Shown piece by piece: positions 30,334 through 39,752 of a stretch of 64,000 nucleotides of DNA (the first letter of the stretch is position 1; the number at the start of each line of letters is the position of its first letter). The stretch is from an uncultured Actinomycetes bacterium (GTDB lineage Bacteria > Actinomycetota > UBA4738 > HRBIN12). The notes beneath the pieces are model-generated. The model worked only from the letters and a program-made list of their open reading frames with translations. It was not told the origin of the DNA and ran no database searches. The stretch is from the NCBI GenBank assembly GCA_963731925.1, contig CAVSXK010000024.1:236624-300623 (forward strand), in the 5' to 3' direction. Both the position numbers and the translations under genes were made by a program.

Positions 30334-30927
30334 CTACATGTCGCGGCGGCCTTCGAGGGCCTGCGACAGGGTCACCTCGTCCGCGTACTCGAGATCCCCG
30401 CCCACCGGGAGACCGCTCGCCAGCCGCGTGACCTTCACCCCGAACGGTTTCAGCATCGCCGCGACGTACATCGCGGTGGCGTTGCCTTCGAGGTTGGGGT
30501 TGGTCGCGATGATCACCTCGGTGACGCCGTCACGTTCGACGCGCTCGAGCAGCTCCTGCACGCGGAGGTCGTCGGGCCCGATGCCGTCGAGCGGGCTGAT
30601 CGCGCCGCCGAGCACGTGGTAGCGGCCCTTGATCACGCCCGCCTTCTCGATCGTCGAGACGTCCTTGGGCTCCTCGACGACGCAGAGCACCGTGCGTTCG
30701 CGCCCCTCGTCGCGGCAGATGCGGCAGAGCTCGCCCTCGGCGACGTTGCCGCACTCCTTGCAGAAGGAGATCCGCTCCTTCGCCTGCACGATCGACCCGG
30801 CGAGGCGCTTCGCGTCGTCGGCCGGCGCCTTCACCAGGTAGTACGCGAGGCGTTGCGCCGACTTCGGTCCGATCCCCGGAAGACGGGAGAGCTCGTCGAT
30901 CAGGTCCTGGATCGGGCCCTCGTACAC
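30334..30927 (-). CDS. recR: Recombination mediator RecR
   Basis: [14 protein letters not shown]4 zinc finger, [28 protein letters not shown]. Confidence 0.97.
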   Translation of the reverse strand: MYEGPIQDLIDELSRLPGIGPKSAQRLAYYLVKAPADDAKRLAGSIVQAKERISFCKECGNVAEGELCRICRDEGRERTVLCVVEEPKDVSTIEKAGVIKGRYHVLGGAISPLDGIGPDDLRVQELLERVERDGVTEVIIATNPNLEGNATAMYVAAMLKPFGVKVTRLASGLPVGGDLEYADEVTLSQALEGRRDM

Positions 30928-32811
30928 CTACGACCCGTCCTCGCTCGCGGGCGTGGCGCCGAGCTCGGACGCGAGGCGCGCGAGCGCCTCGTCCTCCGAC
31001 AGCGGCTCGTCCTCGACCGGTTCGGCGGGACCGGCCACGGGCTCGCGGATCACGCACGTGATCGCGGGGGTGATGCCGAACAGGTCCTGCAGCGCCTGGC
31101 GGAGCTCCGCCTCGCGCTCGATCACCTTCTGCACGCCGTAGGGTCGCTCGGGCGGGAACACCAGCTCGAGCGTCGTCCCGTCGAACGAGGCGGGCGTCGC
31201 GATCTCGAGGAACGAGGGCAGCACCGCCTTGCCCGAGCTTCGCAGGTGCGAGATCACCGTCGGCCAGTTGCTCCGCAGCATCGTCACGTCCACGGCAGAC
31301 GTCCCCGCCCCCAAGACCGGCACCGCCGTGGGCTCGGGCGCCGTACCGGCCTCGGCCGGACCGGGCGCGGCCTCGGCGGCGCTGCTCGCTTCGGCACCCT
31401 TCGCCGATCGCGTCCGCCTCGTCTCGACCGCCGGTGGCGCCGAGTCGGCCGCGTCCTCGGCCCCGGCCGAGGCCGGCCCCCCAGGTGCAGCGGCGTCGGT
31501 GGGCGGGGTCGCAGGCGCCGGCGGCGCAGGGGTGTCGGCGGAAGGCGACTGGGAGCCGCCGCCCTTGGAGGCCTGAGCGGCCGCTTCGCGCGACGGCGGC
31601 GGCGAGTCGGAGCCTGGAGCCGGCGCCCCGGAGCCGCCACCACCGCCGGTGATGCCGGCCACGCGCTCGAGGCGTTCGAGGCGGGAGACGAGCGCCTCGG
31701 GGGCGGCGTCGGTCTCGGGGATCGTCGCCCGGATCAGGGCGAGCTCGAGGGAGAGGCGCGGCGAGGTGGTCCAGCGCATGTCGGTCTGCGCCGCGATCAG
31801 CAGCGCGATCACGCGGCCGAGCTCGGGCGTCGAGTACTTCGTGGCCTGCGCGGCCAGGCGCTCGGCCTCCTGGTCGGTCACGTCGAGCAGGTCGTGCTGA
31901 CCCGGCGCCGTCTTCACGAGCAAGAGATTGCGGAAGTGCGCCAGCACCTCGTTGGTCACGAAGCGGAGATCCTGACCCTCCTGCACGAGCCGGCTCACGA
32001 GCTCGAACACACCCTTGGCGTCCCCGACCGCGACCGCGTCGCCGAGCGCGTACTGCACGTCCGAGCGCCCGCTCCCGATCAGCGACGTGACGACGTCCTC
32101 GCCGATCTCGCCGGCACCCAGCACCGAGGCCTGGTCGAGGAGTGACAACGCGTCCCGAACCGACCCCTCGGTCTGGCGCGCGATCGCGTGCGCCGCCTCG
32201 GCGGTGAGCGACATGCCTTCGTCCTTCGCGATCCGCTCGAGGTGCTCGGCGACGGCCTCGACGGGAACCCGGCGGAAGTCGAATCGCTGGCACCGTCCGA
32301 CGATCGTCGCCGGCATCTTGTGGGGCTCGGTCGTCGCCAGGACGAACCGAACGCCCACCGGAGGCTCCTCGAACACCTTCAGCAGCGCGTCGAACGCCTC
32401 CCGCGACAGCCGCTGCGCCTCGTCGATGATGTAGACCTTCTCGCGGCCCTGGACCGGGGCGGTGGGCGCCTTCTCGCGGAGGTCACGCGCGTCGTCGACG
32501 CCGCCGTGCGACGCCGCGTCGATCTCGACGACGTCCAGGTGCTGGCCGTCGCGAACGGCGACGCACTGGTCGCACGAGCCGCAGGGTTCGGGGGTGGGGC
32601 CGGACTCGCAGTTGACCATCTTGGCGAGGATCCGCGCCGTCGAGGTCTTCCCGGTCCCCCGCGGTCCGCAGAGCAGGAACGCGTGCGCGAGACGACCTTC
32701 CCGAACCGCTCCGGACAGGGCCCGGATCACGTGATCCTGCCCGAGGACCTCTGAGGGACCCTGCGGGCGGTACTTGCGGTAGAGCGACTGGTAGGGCTTG
32801 TCGTCGGCCAC
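30928..32811 (-). CDS. dnaX: DNA polymerase III subunit gamma/tau
   Basis: LYRKYRP, GPRGTGKTSTARI, EIDAASHGGVDDAR, LLKVFEEPP; Ala/Pro-rich linker; GTG 32811 after GGAGG. Confidence 0.96.
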   Translation of the reverse strand: MADDKPYQSLYRKYRPQGPSEVLGQDHVIRALSGAVREGRLAHAFLLCGPRGTGKTSTARILAKMVNCESGPTPEPCGSCDQCVAVRDGQHLDVVEIDAASHGGVDDARDLREKAPTAPVQGREKVYIIDEAQRLSREAFDALLKVFEEPPVGVRFVLATTEPHKMPATIVGRCQRFDFRRVPVEAVAEHLERIAKDEGMSLTAEAAHAIARQTEGSVRDALSLLDQASVLGAGEIGEDVVTSLIGSGRSDVQYALGDAVAVGDAKGVFELVSRLVQEGQDLRFVTNEVLAHFRNLLLVKTAPGQHDLLDVTDQEAERLAAQATKYSTPELGRVIALLIAAQTDMRWTTSPRLSLELALIRATIPETDAAPEALVSRLERLERVAGITGGGGGSGAPAPGSDSPPPSREAAAQASKGGGSQSPSADTPAPPAPATPPTDAAAPGGPASAGAEDAADSAPPAVETRRTRSAKGAEASSAAEAAPGPAEAGTAPEPTAVPVLGAGTSAVDVTMLRSNWPTVISHLRSSGKAVLPSFLEIATPASFDGTTLELVFPPERPYGVQKVIEREAELRQALQDLFGITPAITCVIREPVAGPAEPVEDEPLSEDEALARLASELGATPASEDGS

Positions 32812-32882
32812 ATCCACCTCCGGGCGCCGCGCGCCCTCCTCGACCCGCGAGGGAAGTGCGCGGGAGGTTCGGCAAGTCTAGT

Positions 32883-33158
32883 GGTGGCCGCGCACCCGCC
32901 GTCGACCGCAACGGACTCGAGCGCATCACCGGCCGGTAGCTCCGGTCAGGTTTCCCCGCGGCACCCGCCAGGGCCCGCTTACGGCTGCTTCCTTCCGGAT
33001 CTGACCGGGTTCGCAGGTTGGCGTCGCGCGGGACCCGACCTTCGACGCCCCGTGCCGGGAGCGACTGCGGACCCGCCGGGCCTCGGACGGGGATTCAGCC
33101 CCGCTGAAGCGGATTGCGGGTTCAGGGCACCGCTGGCTCCCCGCCTAGCACGGCCACC
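32883..33158 (-). ncRNA. ffs: Signal recognition particle RNA, large (Alu-domain) bacterial type
   Basis: 5' GGUGGCCGUGCUAGGCGGGGAG..AGCGGUGCCCUG.ACCCGCAAUCCGCU; helix 8 UCAGAUCCGGAAGGAAGCAGC; complementary 5'/3' ends; TATACT -10 at 33170-33165; directly upstream of dnaX. Confidence 0.93.
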
Positions 33159-33317
33159 TCGGCGAGTATACGCGCGCCTCCGACAGCACTCGGCGCTTGG
33201 TCGCGACCCGCGTCTCAGAGCCGCTCGAGAGGGAGACCCAGAACTCGGAGCGAGACTCCTGAGAACGGCCTAGTACGATTCCTTGGCCCGCGATCGGGGC
33301 TTTGAGCGAGGAGGCAG

Positions 33318-34562
33318 ATGCCCCCGCGATCCGGTTCCACGGCCCTCGAGACCCTGCGGCCCGGGGGTCGAGTGCACGTCCTCGGCGCGGGACCGGTCGG
33401 GCTCCTGATCACGGCCCTGCTCCAATCGATGGACGGCATGTCCGTGCACCTGTACGAGAAGCGGCCAGCGTACACGCGAACCCGCATGGTCACCCTGGCG
33501 CAGTACCTCGTAGCGGACTCCGTCGCCGGCTATCGCACCGATGACATCGACGGCGAGAGCGTCGACGCGATCTTCGACCCCGCGGAGCTGGTTGCAGGCC
33601 TCGCGGGCAGACGGGCGATCCCTTCGGACCTGATGGCGCTGCTGCGGGCCTGGGCGCTCGGGTTCTGCCCACTCAACACCATCGAGCGCACCCTCAGCGA
33701 TCTGATCGACGGGCGCGGATCGGATGCGGTGGTGCGCGACGAGGCGGTCGTCACGGTGGAGGAGGCGATCGGGATGCTCGAGCCGGGTGACGTCCTGATC
33801 GACTGCACCGGTAGCAGGTCGCTGCTGCGTGATCAGCTGATGCCCGGCTCCGAGGACGTGGATGGGGTCACGAACACGCTCAACGTCCGGCTCGAGTACG
33901 CGCTCGTCATCACCTTCCTGTACGGCCAGCTCTACGACTGCAATGAGAGCTGCAAGTACTTCAAGAACGCCGAGAACGAGCACTACAAGTTCATCCCGGC
34001 AGTCCACCGCACGTACTACGACGGTGCCACCACCCACGTCACCGGCATCGTGAACATCAGCGCCGAGGAATTCGCGGCGATGCCGTCCACGTTCGACGGC
34101 GAGTGGCTCCGCGGCAACTTCCCAAGCGTCGCGCGGTCGATGGACCGGTTCATCGACAAGATCAAGGAAGAGACCCACGGCGAGGTCCTCGGGGACCTCG
34201 AGATCGTCCGGATCCCCCTGGATCTGTATCGGGCTCGAAACGCGACGAGCCGCTCGTGGCGCGACTCGGGGCCCGCCGACCATCCGTTCGCCAGAACGCC
34301 GGTGTTCCTACTCGGCGATGCTGCGATCGGTTCTCCCTACTTCCAGTCGATCTCGCTGGGGCTCGAGTGCGCGATGTTCCTGGCGGGACTCCTCGAGCAA
34401 CGGAACCTCCCGATCGACGACATGCTCGATCGGTACGAGCTGTACATCTACAAGCAGTGGCTCCGCGTCTACATGCGGAGCAAGATGATCAAGCACAACA
34501 AGGATCTGCTCGAGTCCATCGACGACAGGACCGCGCTCCTGAGGCAGCTGCACATCTACTAG
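33318..34562 (+). CDS. Putative FAD-dependent monooxygenase/oxidoreductase
   Basis: VLGAGPVG, YEKR, IDCTG, VFLLGDAA..SISLGLE; GAGGAGG RBS. Confidence 0.7.
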   Translation: MPPRSGSTALETLRPGGRVHVLGAGPVGLLITALLQSMDGMSVHLYEKRPAYTRTRMVTLAQYLVADSVAGYRTDDIDGESVDAIFDPAELVAGLAGRRAIPSDLMALLRAWALGFCPLNTIERTLSDLIDGRGSDAVVRDEAVVTVEEAIGMLEPGDVLIDCTGSRSLLRDQLMPGSEDVDGVTNTLNVRLEYALVITFLYGQLYDCNESCKYFKNAENEHYKFIPAVHRTYYDGATTHVTGIVNISAEEFAAMPSTFDGEWLRGNFPSVARSMDRFIDKIKEETHGEVLGDLEIVRIPLDLYRARNATSRSWRDSGPADHPFARTPVFLLGDAAIGSPYFQSISLGLECAMFLAGLLEQRNLPIDDMLDRYELYIYKQWLRVYMRSKMIKHNKDLLESIDDRTALLRQLHIY

Positions 34563-34580
34563 CGGACACGAGGAGGGACA

Positions 34581-35012
34581 GTGGACATCATCGAGCGGCA
34601 CTTCGCCGCCGAGAACGCTCGCGACGTTCCGGCCACGCTCGCGACCTACACCGACGATCTCGTCTGGGACGACGTGGGCAACCCCGACTGTCCCGTCTAC
34701 GGTAAGAGTGCCGCGGCGGAGATCTACCAGGGGATCATGGACGCGATCCCCGATATCCACCTGGAGTCCATCGGCCGGTTCTCGTGCGGTGACCATGTCG
34801 TCGACGAGTCGATCGTCACCGGTCATATCCGCGGCTCGTTCATCGGCATCGACGGGGGCGGAGCGCCGGTTCGCTTCCGGATGCTGCACGTCTTCGACAT
34901 CCGCGACGGCCTCATCAGCCGCGAGCAGGCCTGGTTCGACACGGCGGGAGTCATCCGCCAGGTGGAGTCTCACCGGCAAGGAGCGACGCCGCCGAGCGTT
35001 GTGAACGGCTGA
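34581..35012 (+). CDS. SnoaL/NTF2-like protein (ester cyclase family)
   Basis: HFAAENARDV..TYTDD, AIPDIH, MLHVFDIRDGLISRE. Confidence 0.82.
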   Translation: MDIIERHFAAENARDVPATLATYTDDLVWDDVGNPDCPVYGKSAAAEIYQGIMDAIPDIHLESIGRFSCGDHVVDESIVTGHIRGSFIGIDGGGAPVRFRMLHVFDIRDGLISREQAWFDTAGVIRQVESHRQGATPPSVVNG

Positions 35013-35030
35013 CGGTGCGCTAGGTTCCGT

Positions 35031-35756
35031 TCACGACCACACCGCGCCGAGCAGCGCCACCAGGCCGGAGACGAACAGCAGGCCGAGGACGACCGTGCGG
35101 AACGTCGACGCGTCCAGGCGCCGGAAGCCGCGTTCGCCGACGATCGATCCCAGCACCAGACCCGGGAGACCGGCAAGCGCGACCGCGAGCGCGTCCATGG
35201 TGACCTGACCCCCCAGCGCGAACGCGACCAGGGCAGCCGAACCCTGCACGAGGAAGATCGCCGAGATCGTCGCTCGGAACACCGTCGGCTGCATGTCCTT
35301 GGCCGAGAGGGCGATCACGATCGGCGGGCCGCTCGTGCCGGTGCTGGTGGACAGGATCCCGGCCGCGAACCCGGCGACCGCGTCGGTCCCCCGATGGCGC
35401 GGCAGCCGGAGCCCTCGCCACAACAGGACCGCGAACGTGATGACCGCGGCGGCGATCAACAGCGTGAGGACCCGTTCCTCGACCTGCGTGAGGACGAGCA
35501 GGCCGAGCGGCATGCCGAGGATCGCCGCAACGGTCATCACGAGAACGGTCGGCCGGTCGACGTGACCTCGACCACGCAGGGAGAGCTGCGCCACGAGCAG
35601 CAGACCGACCATCGTCAGCCCGACGATCGCCTCACGAGGTCCCGCGAGCACCGCCACGACCGGTGTGGCGATCAGCGCGAACCCGAAACCGGACAACGCC
35701 TGCGCGGCGGACGCGATCGCGACCACGGCGAACACGCCGACCCACACCCAGACCAT
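35031..35756 (-). CDS. Sulfite exporter TauE/SafE family protein
   Basis: AQALSGFGFALIA, GILSTSTGTSGPP, multiple TM helices. Confidence 0.85.
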   Translation of the reverse strand: MVWVWVGVFAVVAIASAAQALSGFGFALIATPVVAVLAGPREAIVGLTMVGLLLVAQLSLRGRGHVDRPTVLVMTVAAILGMPLGLLVLTQVEERVLTLLIAAAVITFAVLLWRGLRLPRHRGTDAVAGFAAGILSTSTGTSGPPIVIALSAKDMQPTVFRATISAIFLVQGSAALVAFALGGQVTMDALAVALAGLPGLVLGSIVGERGFRRLDASTFRTVVLGLLFVSGLVALLGAVWS

Positions 35757-35800
35757 CCACGCATCATCACAGGCGGGTGAGGCGCGGGTAGTCTCCCCCG

Positions 35801-36499
35801 ATGCTCGCCGTGAGGGCCCTGTTGGTGGATTTCGACGGCACCGCCTGCGTGCAGGACGTGTCCGAGATGCTCCTGGACACGTTCGGCGAGCCGGGGTGGG
35901 AGCGCTTCGACGAGGCCGTGGATCGCGGTGAGATGGGGCTCCGGGAAGCCGGCGCGCACCAGGTCGCGATGCTGCGCGGGTCGCGCGAGGAGATGCTCGT
36001 GTTCGCGCTCCCGCGAGCGCAGCTCGCGCCGAGCTTTCCGACGTTCGTCGCATGGGCGGAGGAGAAAGACCTGCCGCTGGTGCTCGCGTCCGACGGGTTC
36101 GCGTTCTACATCCGTCCGATCCTGGAGGAGGCGGGCCTCGGTCACCTGGAGGTGGTGACCAACGAGCTGGTGTTCGAGGGCCCGGCACCCTCCCAACTCC
36201 ACCCGAACGGTCACCCCGTGTGCACCGGCTGCGGAACGTGCAAGATGCTCGCCGCGCAGCGGCTGCGTGAGCGCCACGGCGCCGTCGCGTTCGTCGGCGA
36301 TGGTCAGTCCGACCGCTACGGTGCGCTGTACTCGGACATCGTCTTCGCGAAGGGTGCACTCGTCGCGATCTGCGAGCTCGATGGTGTGCCGTTCCATCGG
36401 TGGGAGACGTTCGACGACGTGCGCGAAGGCCTCGAAACCATCGAGCCCCTCGCGGGACCCGTCGGGGGCGAACGCTGTCCTGGCTGGAGGTCTCCGTGA
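35801..36499 (+). CDS. MtnX-like HAD-IB phosphatase
   Basis: DFDGT, SDGF, CGTCK, FVGDGQSD, IVFAK. Confidence 0.85.
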   Translation: MLAVRALLVDFDGTACVQDVSEMLLDTFGEPGWERFDEAVDRGEMGLREAGAHQVAMLRGSREEMLVFALPRAQLAPSFPTFVAWAEEKDLPLVLASDGFAFYIRPILEEAGLGHLEVVTNELVFEGPAPSQLHPNGHPVCTGCGTCKMLAAQRLRERHGAVAFVGDGQSDRYGALYSDIVFAKGALVAICELDGVPFHRWETFDDVREGLETIEPLAGPVGGERCPGWRSP

Positions 36500-37398
36500 A
36501 CGTGCGGCTTCCCGAGGGGCTCAGCTCCAGGCCGGCGAACGCGGCGGACGCGGAAGCCATCTACGAGCTGGTCGCGGCGTGCGAGCTCGAGGACGACGGT
36601 GTCGTGGAGGTCGACCGGGACGAGGTCACCGTCGGCTTCGAGCGCCACGGGCTCGAACCGGATCTCGACACGCTCCTGGTGTTCGAGGGCGGGGACCTGG
36701 CGGCCTGGGCCGAGCTCTATCGGGGGCGCGCCGAGGCCGACGTGCGCCCCACGCACCGAGGGCGAGGCATCGGGGCCGCGCTCCTCTCGTGGATCGAAGC
36801 GCGGGCCGGGGCTCTCGGCGAGCCCCGTGTCGGCCAGACGAAGACGGACGCGAACACCGGTGCGCGTGAGCTCCTCATCACGAGCGGCTACGAGCCGTCG
36901 TGGACGTCGTGGATCATCCGCATGGAGCTCGGCCGGCCGCCGGAACCTCCTGTCGTGCCCGCGGGGATCTCGATCCGGCCTTACGAGCGCTCCGACGCGC
37001 GGCTGGTACACGAGGTGATCGACGACGCGTTCTCCGAGTGGCCCGGGCGCGATCCCGAGCCCTACGAGGTCTGGGCTGCCCAGGCGATCACGCATCCGGC
37101 GTTCGAGCCGGCCCTGTCCCCGCTCGCGTTCGACGGCGAGGAGCTCGTCGGTGTGGTGCTCTCGACGGACTTCCCGGAGGAGGGGTGGATCGATCAGCTG
37201 GCGACCAAGGCGACGCATCGACGGCGGGGCATCGCGCAGGCGCTGCTTCGGACCGCGCTGGGGGGCTTCTACGAACGTGGTCGCCCGATGGCGGGCGTCT
37301 CGACCGACTCTCGAACCGGCGCGCTCGGCCTGTACGAGAAGGTCGGCATGCGGGTCGTCCGCCAGTACACCCGCTACACCAAGCACCTCACCGGCTGA
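36496..37398 (+). CDS. Tandem-GNAT acetyltransferase
   Basis: VRPTHRGRGIG and HRRRGIAQALL..GALGLYEKVGM; GTGA overlap with previous gene. Confidence 0.85.
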   Translation: MNVRLPEGLSSRPANAADAEAIYELVAACELEDDGVVEVDRDEVTVGFERHGLEPDLDTLLVFEGGDLAAWAELYRGRAEADVRPTHRGRGIGAALLSWIEARAGALGEPRVGQTKTDANTGARELLITSGYEPSWTSWIIRMELGRPPEPPVVPAGISIRPYERSDARLVHEVIDDAFSEWPGRDPEPYEVWAAQAITHPAFEPALSPLAFDGEELVGVVLSTDFPEEGWIDQLATKATHRRRGIAQALLRTALGGFYERGRPMAGVSTDSRTGALGLYEKVGMRVVRQYTRYTKHLTG

Positions 37399-37570
37399 GC
37401 GGCTGGATCCGCCGCCGACTTGGAGTCGATGGCTTGGGAGTTGGACCTCCTGACCCTTCCTAGACCGGAGCACGATCCATAGAGGCTTCACACAAAACCG
37501 TTCGCTTCTTTCGCGGGATAATCGTCAGGACCACGGCGTCAGGTGCGGCGGGATGATCGGGGGGATCGCG

Positions 37571-38050
37571 ATGGAACAGGGCACGCGTGCCCAGTTGGTC
37601 GAGCAGTACAAGGAAGGGACTCGCGTCTTTGCGGAGGCGCTCGAAGGGATCACCGATGGTGAGCTCGACGCTCGTCCGGGGCCGGAGGAGTGGACTGCTC
37701 GGGAGGTGGTCCATCACATGGCCGACAGCGAGATGACGTCGGCGATCCGGCTGCGTCGGCTGATCGCCGAGGACACGCCGACGATCCAGGGCTATGACCA
37801 GGAGGAGTACGCCCAGCGCCTCTTCTACGGGGACCGCCCGATCGAGGCGTCACTGGAGGCGGTTTCCGCTGCCCGGCGGACGACGGGCGACATCCTCGAC
37901 CGGCTCAGCGAGGAGCAGTGGGCGCGAGGTGGGACGCACACCGAGAGCGGTCCCTATCGCGTGGACACCTGGCTCGAGATCTACGCGGACCACGCCCATG
38001 ACCACGCCGATCAGATCCGCCGGGCTCGGGAGTCCGCTCACCTCCGTTGA
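37571..38050 (+). CDS. DinB/YfiT family protein
   Basis: WTAREVVHHMADSE, YDQE, HAHDHADQI. Confidence 0.85.
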   Translation: MEQGTRAQLVEQYKEGTRVFAEALEGITDGELDARPGPEEWTAREVVHHMADSEMTSAIRLRRLIAEDTPTIQGYDQEEYAQRLFYGDRPIEASLEAVSAARRTTGDILDRLSEEQWARGGTHTESGPYRVDTWLEIYADHAHDHADQIRRARESAHLR

Positions 38051-38088
38051 TGGCACGCAGGGACAGGTGATGGCACGCAGGGACAGGT
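38048..38088. repeat. Exact 20-bp tandem duplication next to the tRNA-Ser 3' end
   Basis: tgatggcacgcagggacagg twice (38048-38067, 38068-38087). Confidence 0.85.
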
Positions 38089-38099
38089 CGTCCGCTGAG

Positions 38100-38186
38100 C
38101 GGAGGCCGCGGGATTCGAACCCGCGAGGCGGTTGCCCGCCTACACGCTCTCCAGGCGTGCCCCTTCGTCCGCTCGGGCAGGCCTCC
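38100..38186 (-). tRNA. tRNA-Ser (GGA)
   Basis: GGAGGCC acceptor, anticodon arm CACGC-CT-GGA-GA-GCGTG, long variable arm, GGTTCGAATCCC; CCA not encoded. Confidence 0.93.
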
Positions 38187-38250
38187 GCGTCGAGTGTAAC
38201 GAGGCCCGGAAGGCGGAACGGCCGCCCCTACCGAGGCGGCCGGCCATACG

Positions 38251-38340
38251 CGGAGGCGACAGGATTCGAACCTGTGAGGGGCGGATTAGGCCCCTAACCG
38301 CTTTCGAGGCGGTCCCGTTCGTCCGCTCCGGCACGCCTCC
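38251..38340 (-). tRNA. tRNA-Ser (CGA)
   Basis: GGAGGCG acceptor, ACCGC-CT-CGA-AA-GCGGT, long variable arm, GGTTCGAATCCT; TAGACT -10 upstream. Confidence 0.93.
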
Positions 38341-38419
38341 GGGGCGAGTCTAGCAAGCAGCTTCGGGCCGGCCTGTGCGAGGATTCGGCGCGGAGCGCGA
38401 GGAACGGAGGGATGCCCCG

Positions 38420-38833
38420 ATGAAGGCCGAACGGCTGCGGAAGGTCCCCTTGTTCGAGGGCCTGACCGACCACCAGTACGAGCGTCTGGAGCGGTGGACG
38501 GACGAGATCGACGTCCCGACGAACAAGCACCTCGTGAACCAGGGGGCCTATCCCCACGAGTTCATGGTGATCGAATCCGGCACCGCCGAGGTGACCCATG
38601 ACGGGACGCACCTGGCGGATCTCGGGCCGGGTGATTTCTTCGGCGAGATGGCGCTGCTGCTGAACGTGCCTCGGACCGCCACCGTCGCGGCGACCTCGGA
38701 CGTCACGCTCGTCGTCATGCACGATCGGAACTTCCGGGCCATGGAGGAGGAGATCCCCGTGATCGCCGAACGCGTGAACGCGATCATGGAAGAGCGCCGA
38801 GCCAAGTCCGCCGACCAAGGGATCGAGACGTAG
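38420..38833 (+). CDS. Stand-alone cyclic nucleotide-binding domain protein
   Basis: LRKVPLFEGL, LGPGDFFGEMALL..PRTATV. Confidence 0.9.
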   Translation: MKAERLRKVPLFEGLTDHQYERLERWTDEIDVPTNKHLVNQGAYPHEFMVIESGTAEVTHDGTHLADLGPGDFFGEMALLLNVPRTATVAATSDVTLVVMHDRNFRAMEEEIPVIAERVNAIMEERRAKSADQGIET

Positions 38834-38922
38834 GGGATCGCGTTTCGGCGAGCGACCGATCCCCAACGACGGGCGATACCGTCTTCGGTATCGCCGAGCG
38901 GCCACCCATCGGGCGGCCCGGA

Positions 38923-39399
38923 CTAGCGCCGCTCGGCGAAGAACGCCCGCAACACCTCGCCGCACTCCTCGGCGAGCACGCCCACCGTCACCTCGACCTC
39001 GTGGTTGAGACGCCCGTCGCGCACGATGTCCCCCAGCGATCCGGCGAACCCGGCCTTCGGGTCCGGCGCGCCGAACACCAGCCGGTCGATCCGAGCCAGC
39101 ACGAGCGCGCCGGCGCACATCGCGCACGGCTCGAGCGTGACGTACAACGTGCAGCCCTCGAGGTGCCAGCTCCCGACGGCCCGCGCCGCCTGCCGGAGCG
39201 CCAGGATCTCGGCGTGGGCGGTGGGGTCCTGTTCGCGCTCGCGAGCGTTGCCCGCCCGCGCCACCACCTCGTCGCTGCGAGCGACGACGGCTCCGACCGG
39301 TACGTCGCCCTCGGCGCCCGCCGCTCGAGCCTCCTCGAGCGCCACCCGCATCAACCGGTCGTCCGGATCCCCCGAAGCGCCCACGGCCGAGGCGTCCAC
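38923..39399 (-). CDS. tadA: tRNA adenosine(34) deaminase
   Basis: VPVGAVV, DPTAHAE, TLEPCAMCAGA, DPKAG. Confidence 0.93.
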   Translation of the reverse strand: MDASAVGASGDPDDRLMRVALEEARAAGAEGDVPVGAVVARSDEVVARAGNAREREQDPTAHAEILALRQAARAVGSWHLEGCTLYVTLEPCAMCAGALVLARIDRLVFGAPDPKAGFAGSLGDIVRDGRLNHEVEVTVGVLAEECGEVLRAFFAERR

Positions 39400-39402
39400 C
39401 GG

Positions 39403-39750
39403 TCAGTACCGGTCGATCTCGCGCAGGCGGTCGTCGCTGATCCCGAAGAAGTGCGCCACCTCGTGCTCGACCGTGTGCGCGATCACCTGTCGCAGGTGCT
39501 CGTCGTCGCGCGCCACCCGCTCGATCGTCCGCTTGTACAGCGTGATCGTGTCGGGGAACGTCGGCCCGGAGTGGAACTGACCTCGCTTGGTCAGCGGGAC
39601 CCCGTGGTAGCGCCCGAGCAGGTTCGGATCGTCCCGAGGCGGGCGGTCCTCGACGATCAGCTCGATGTTCTCGAGGCGTTCGTGCACCCACGCGGGCAGC
39701 GAGTCGAGCGCCTCCATCACCAGCTCCTCGAAGTGTTCGCGGTCCACCAT
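39403..39750 (-). CDS. Zincin-like metallopeptidase (DUF1025 type)
   Basis: LLGRYHGVPLT, PDTITLY, HEVAHFFGISD. Confidence 0.88.
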   Translation of the reverse strand: MVDREHFEELVMEALDSLPAWVHERLENIELIVEDRPPRDDPNLLGRYHGVPLTKRGQFHSGPTFPDTITLYKRTIERVARDDEHLRQVIAHTVEHEVAHFFGISDDRLREIDRY

Positions 39751-39752
39751 CG

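Noticed and set aside
30928-32811. Programmed -1 frameshift in dnaX
   Set aside because: No A-AAA-AAG slippery site or poly-A run seen
37420-37465. Degenerate tRNA 3' end (att site) in an AT-richer intergenic stretch
   Set aside because: Only vague resemblance to a reversed T-arm; does not match either tRNA-Ser
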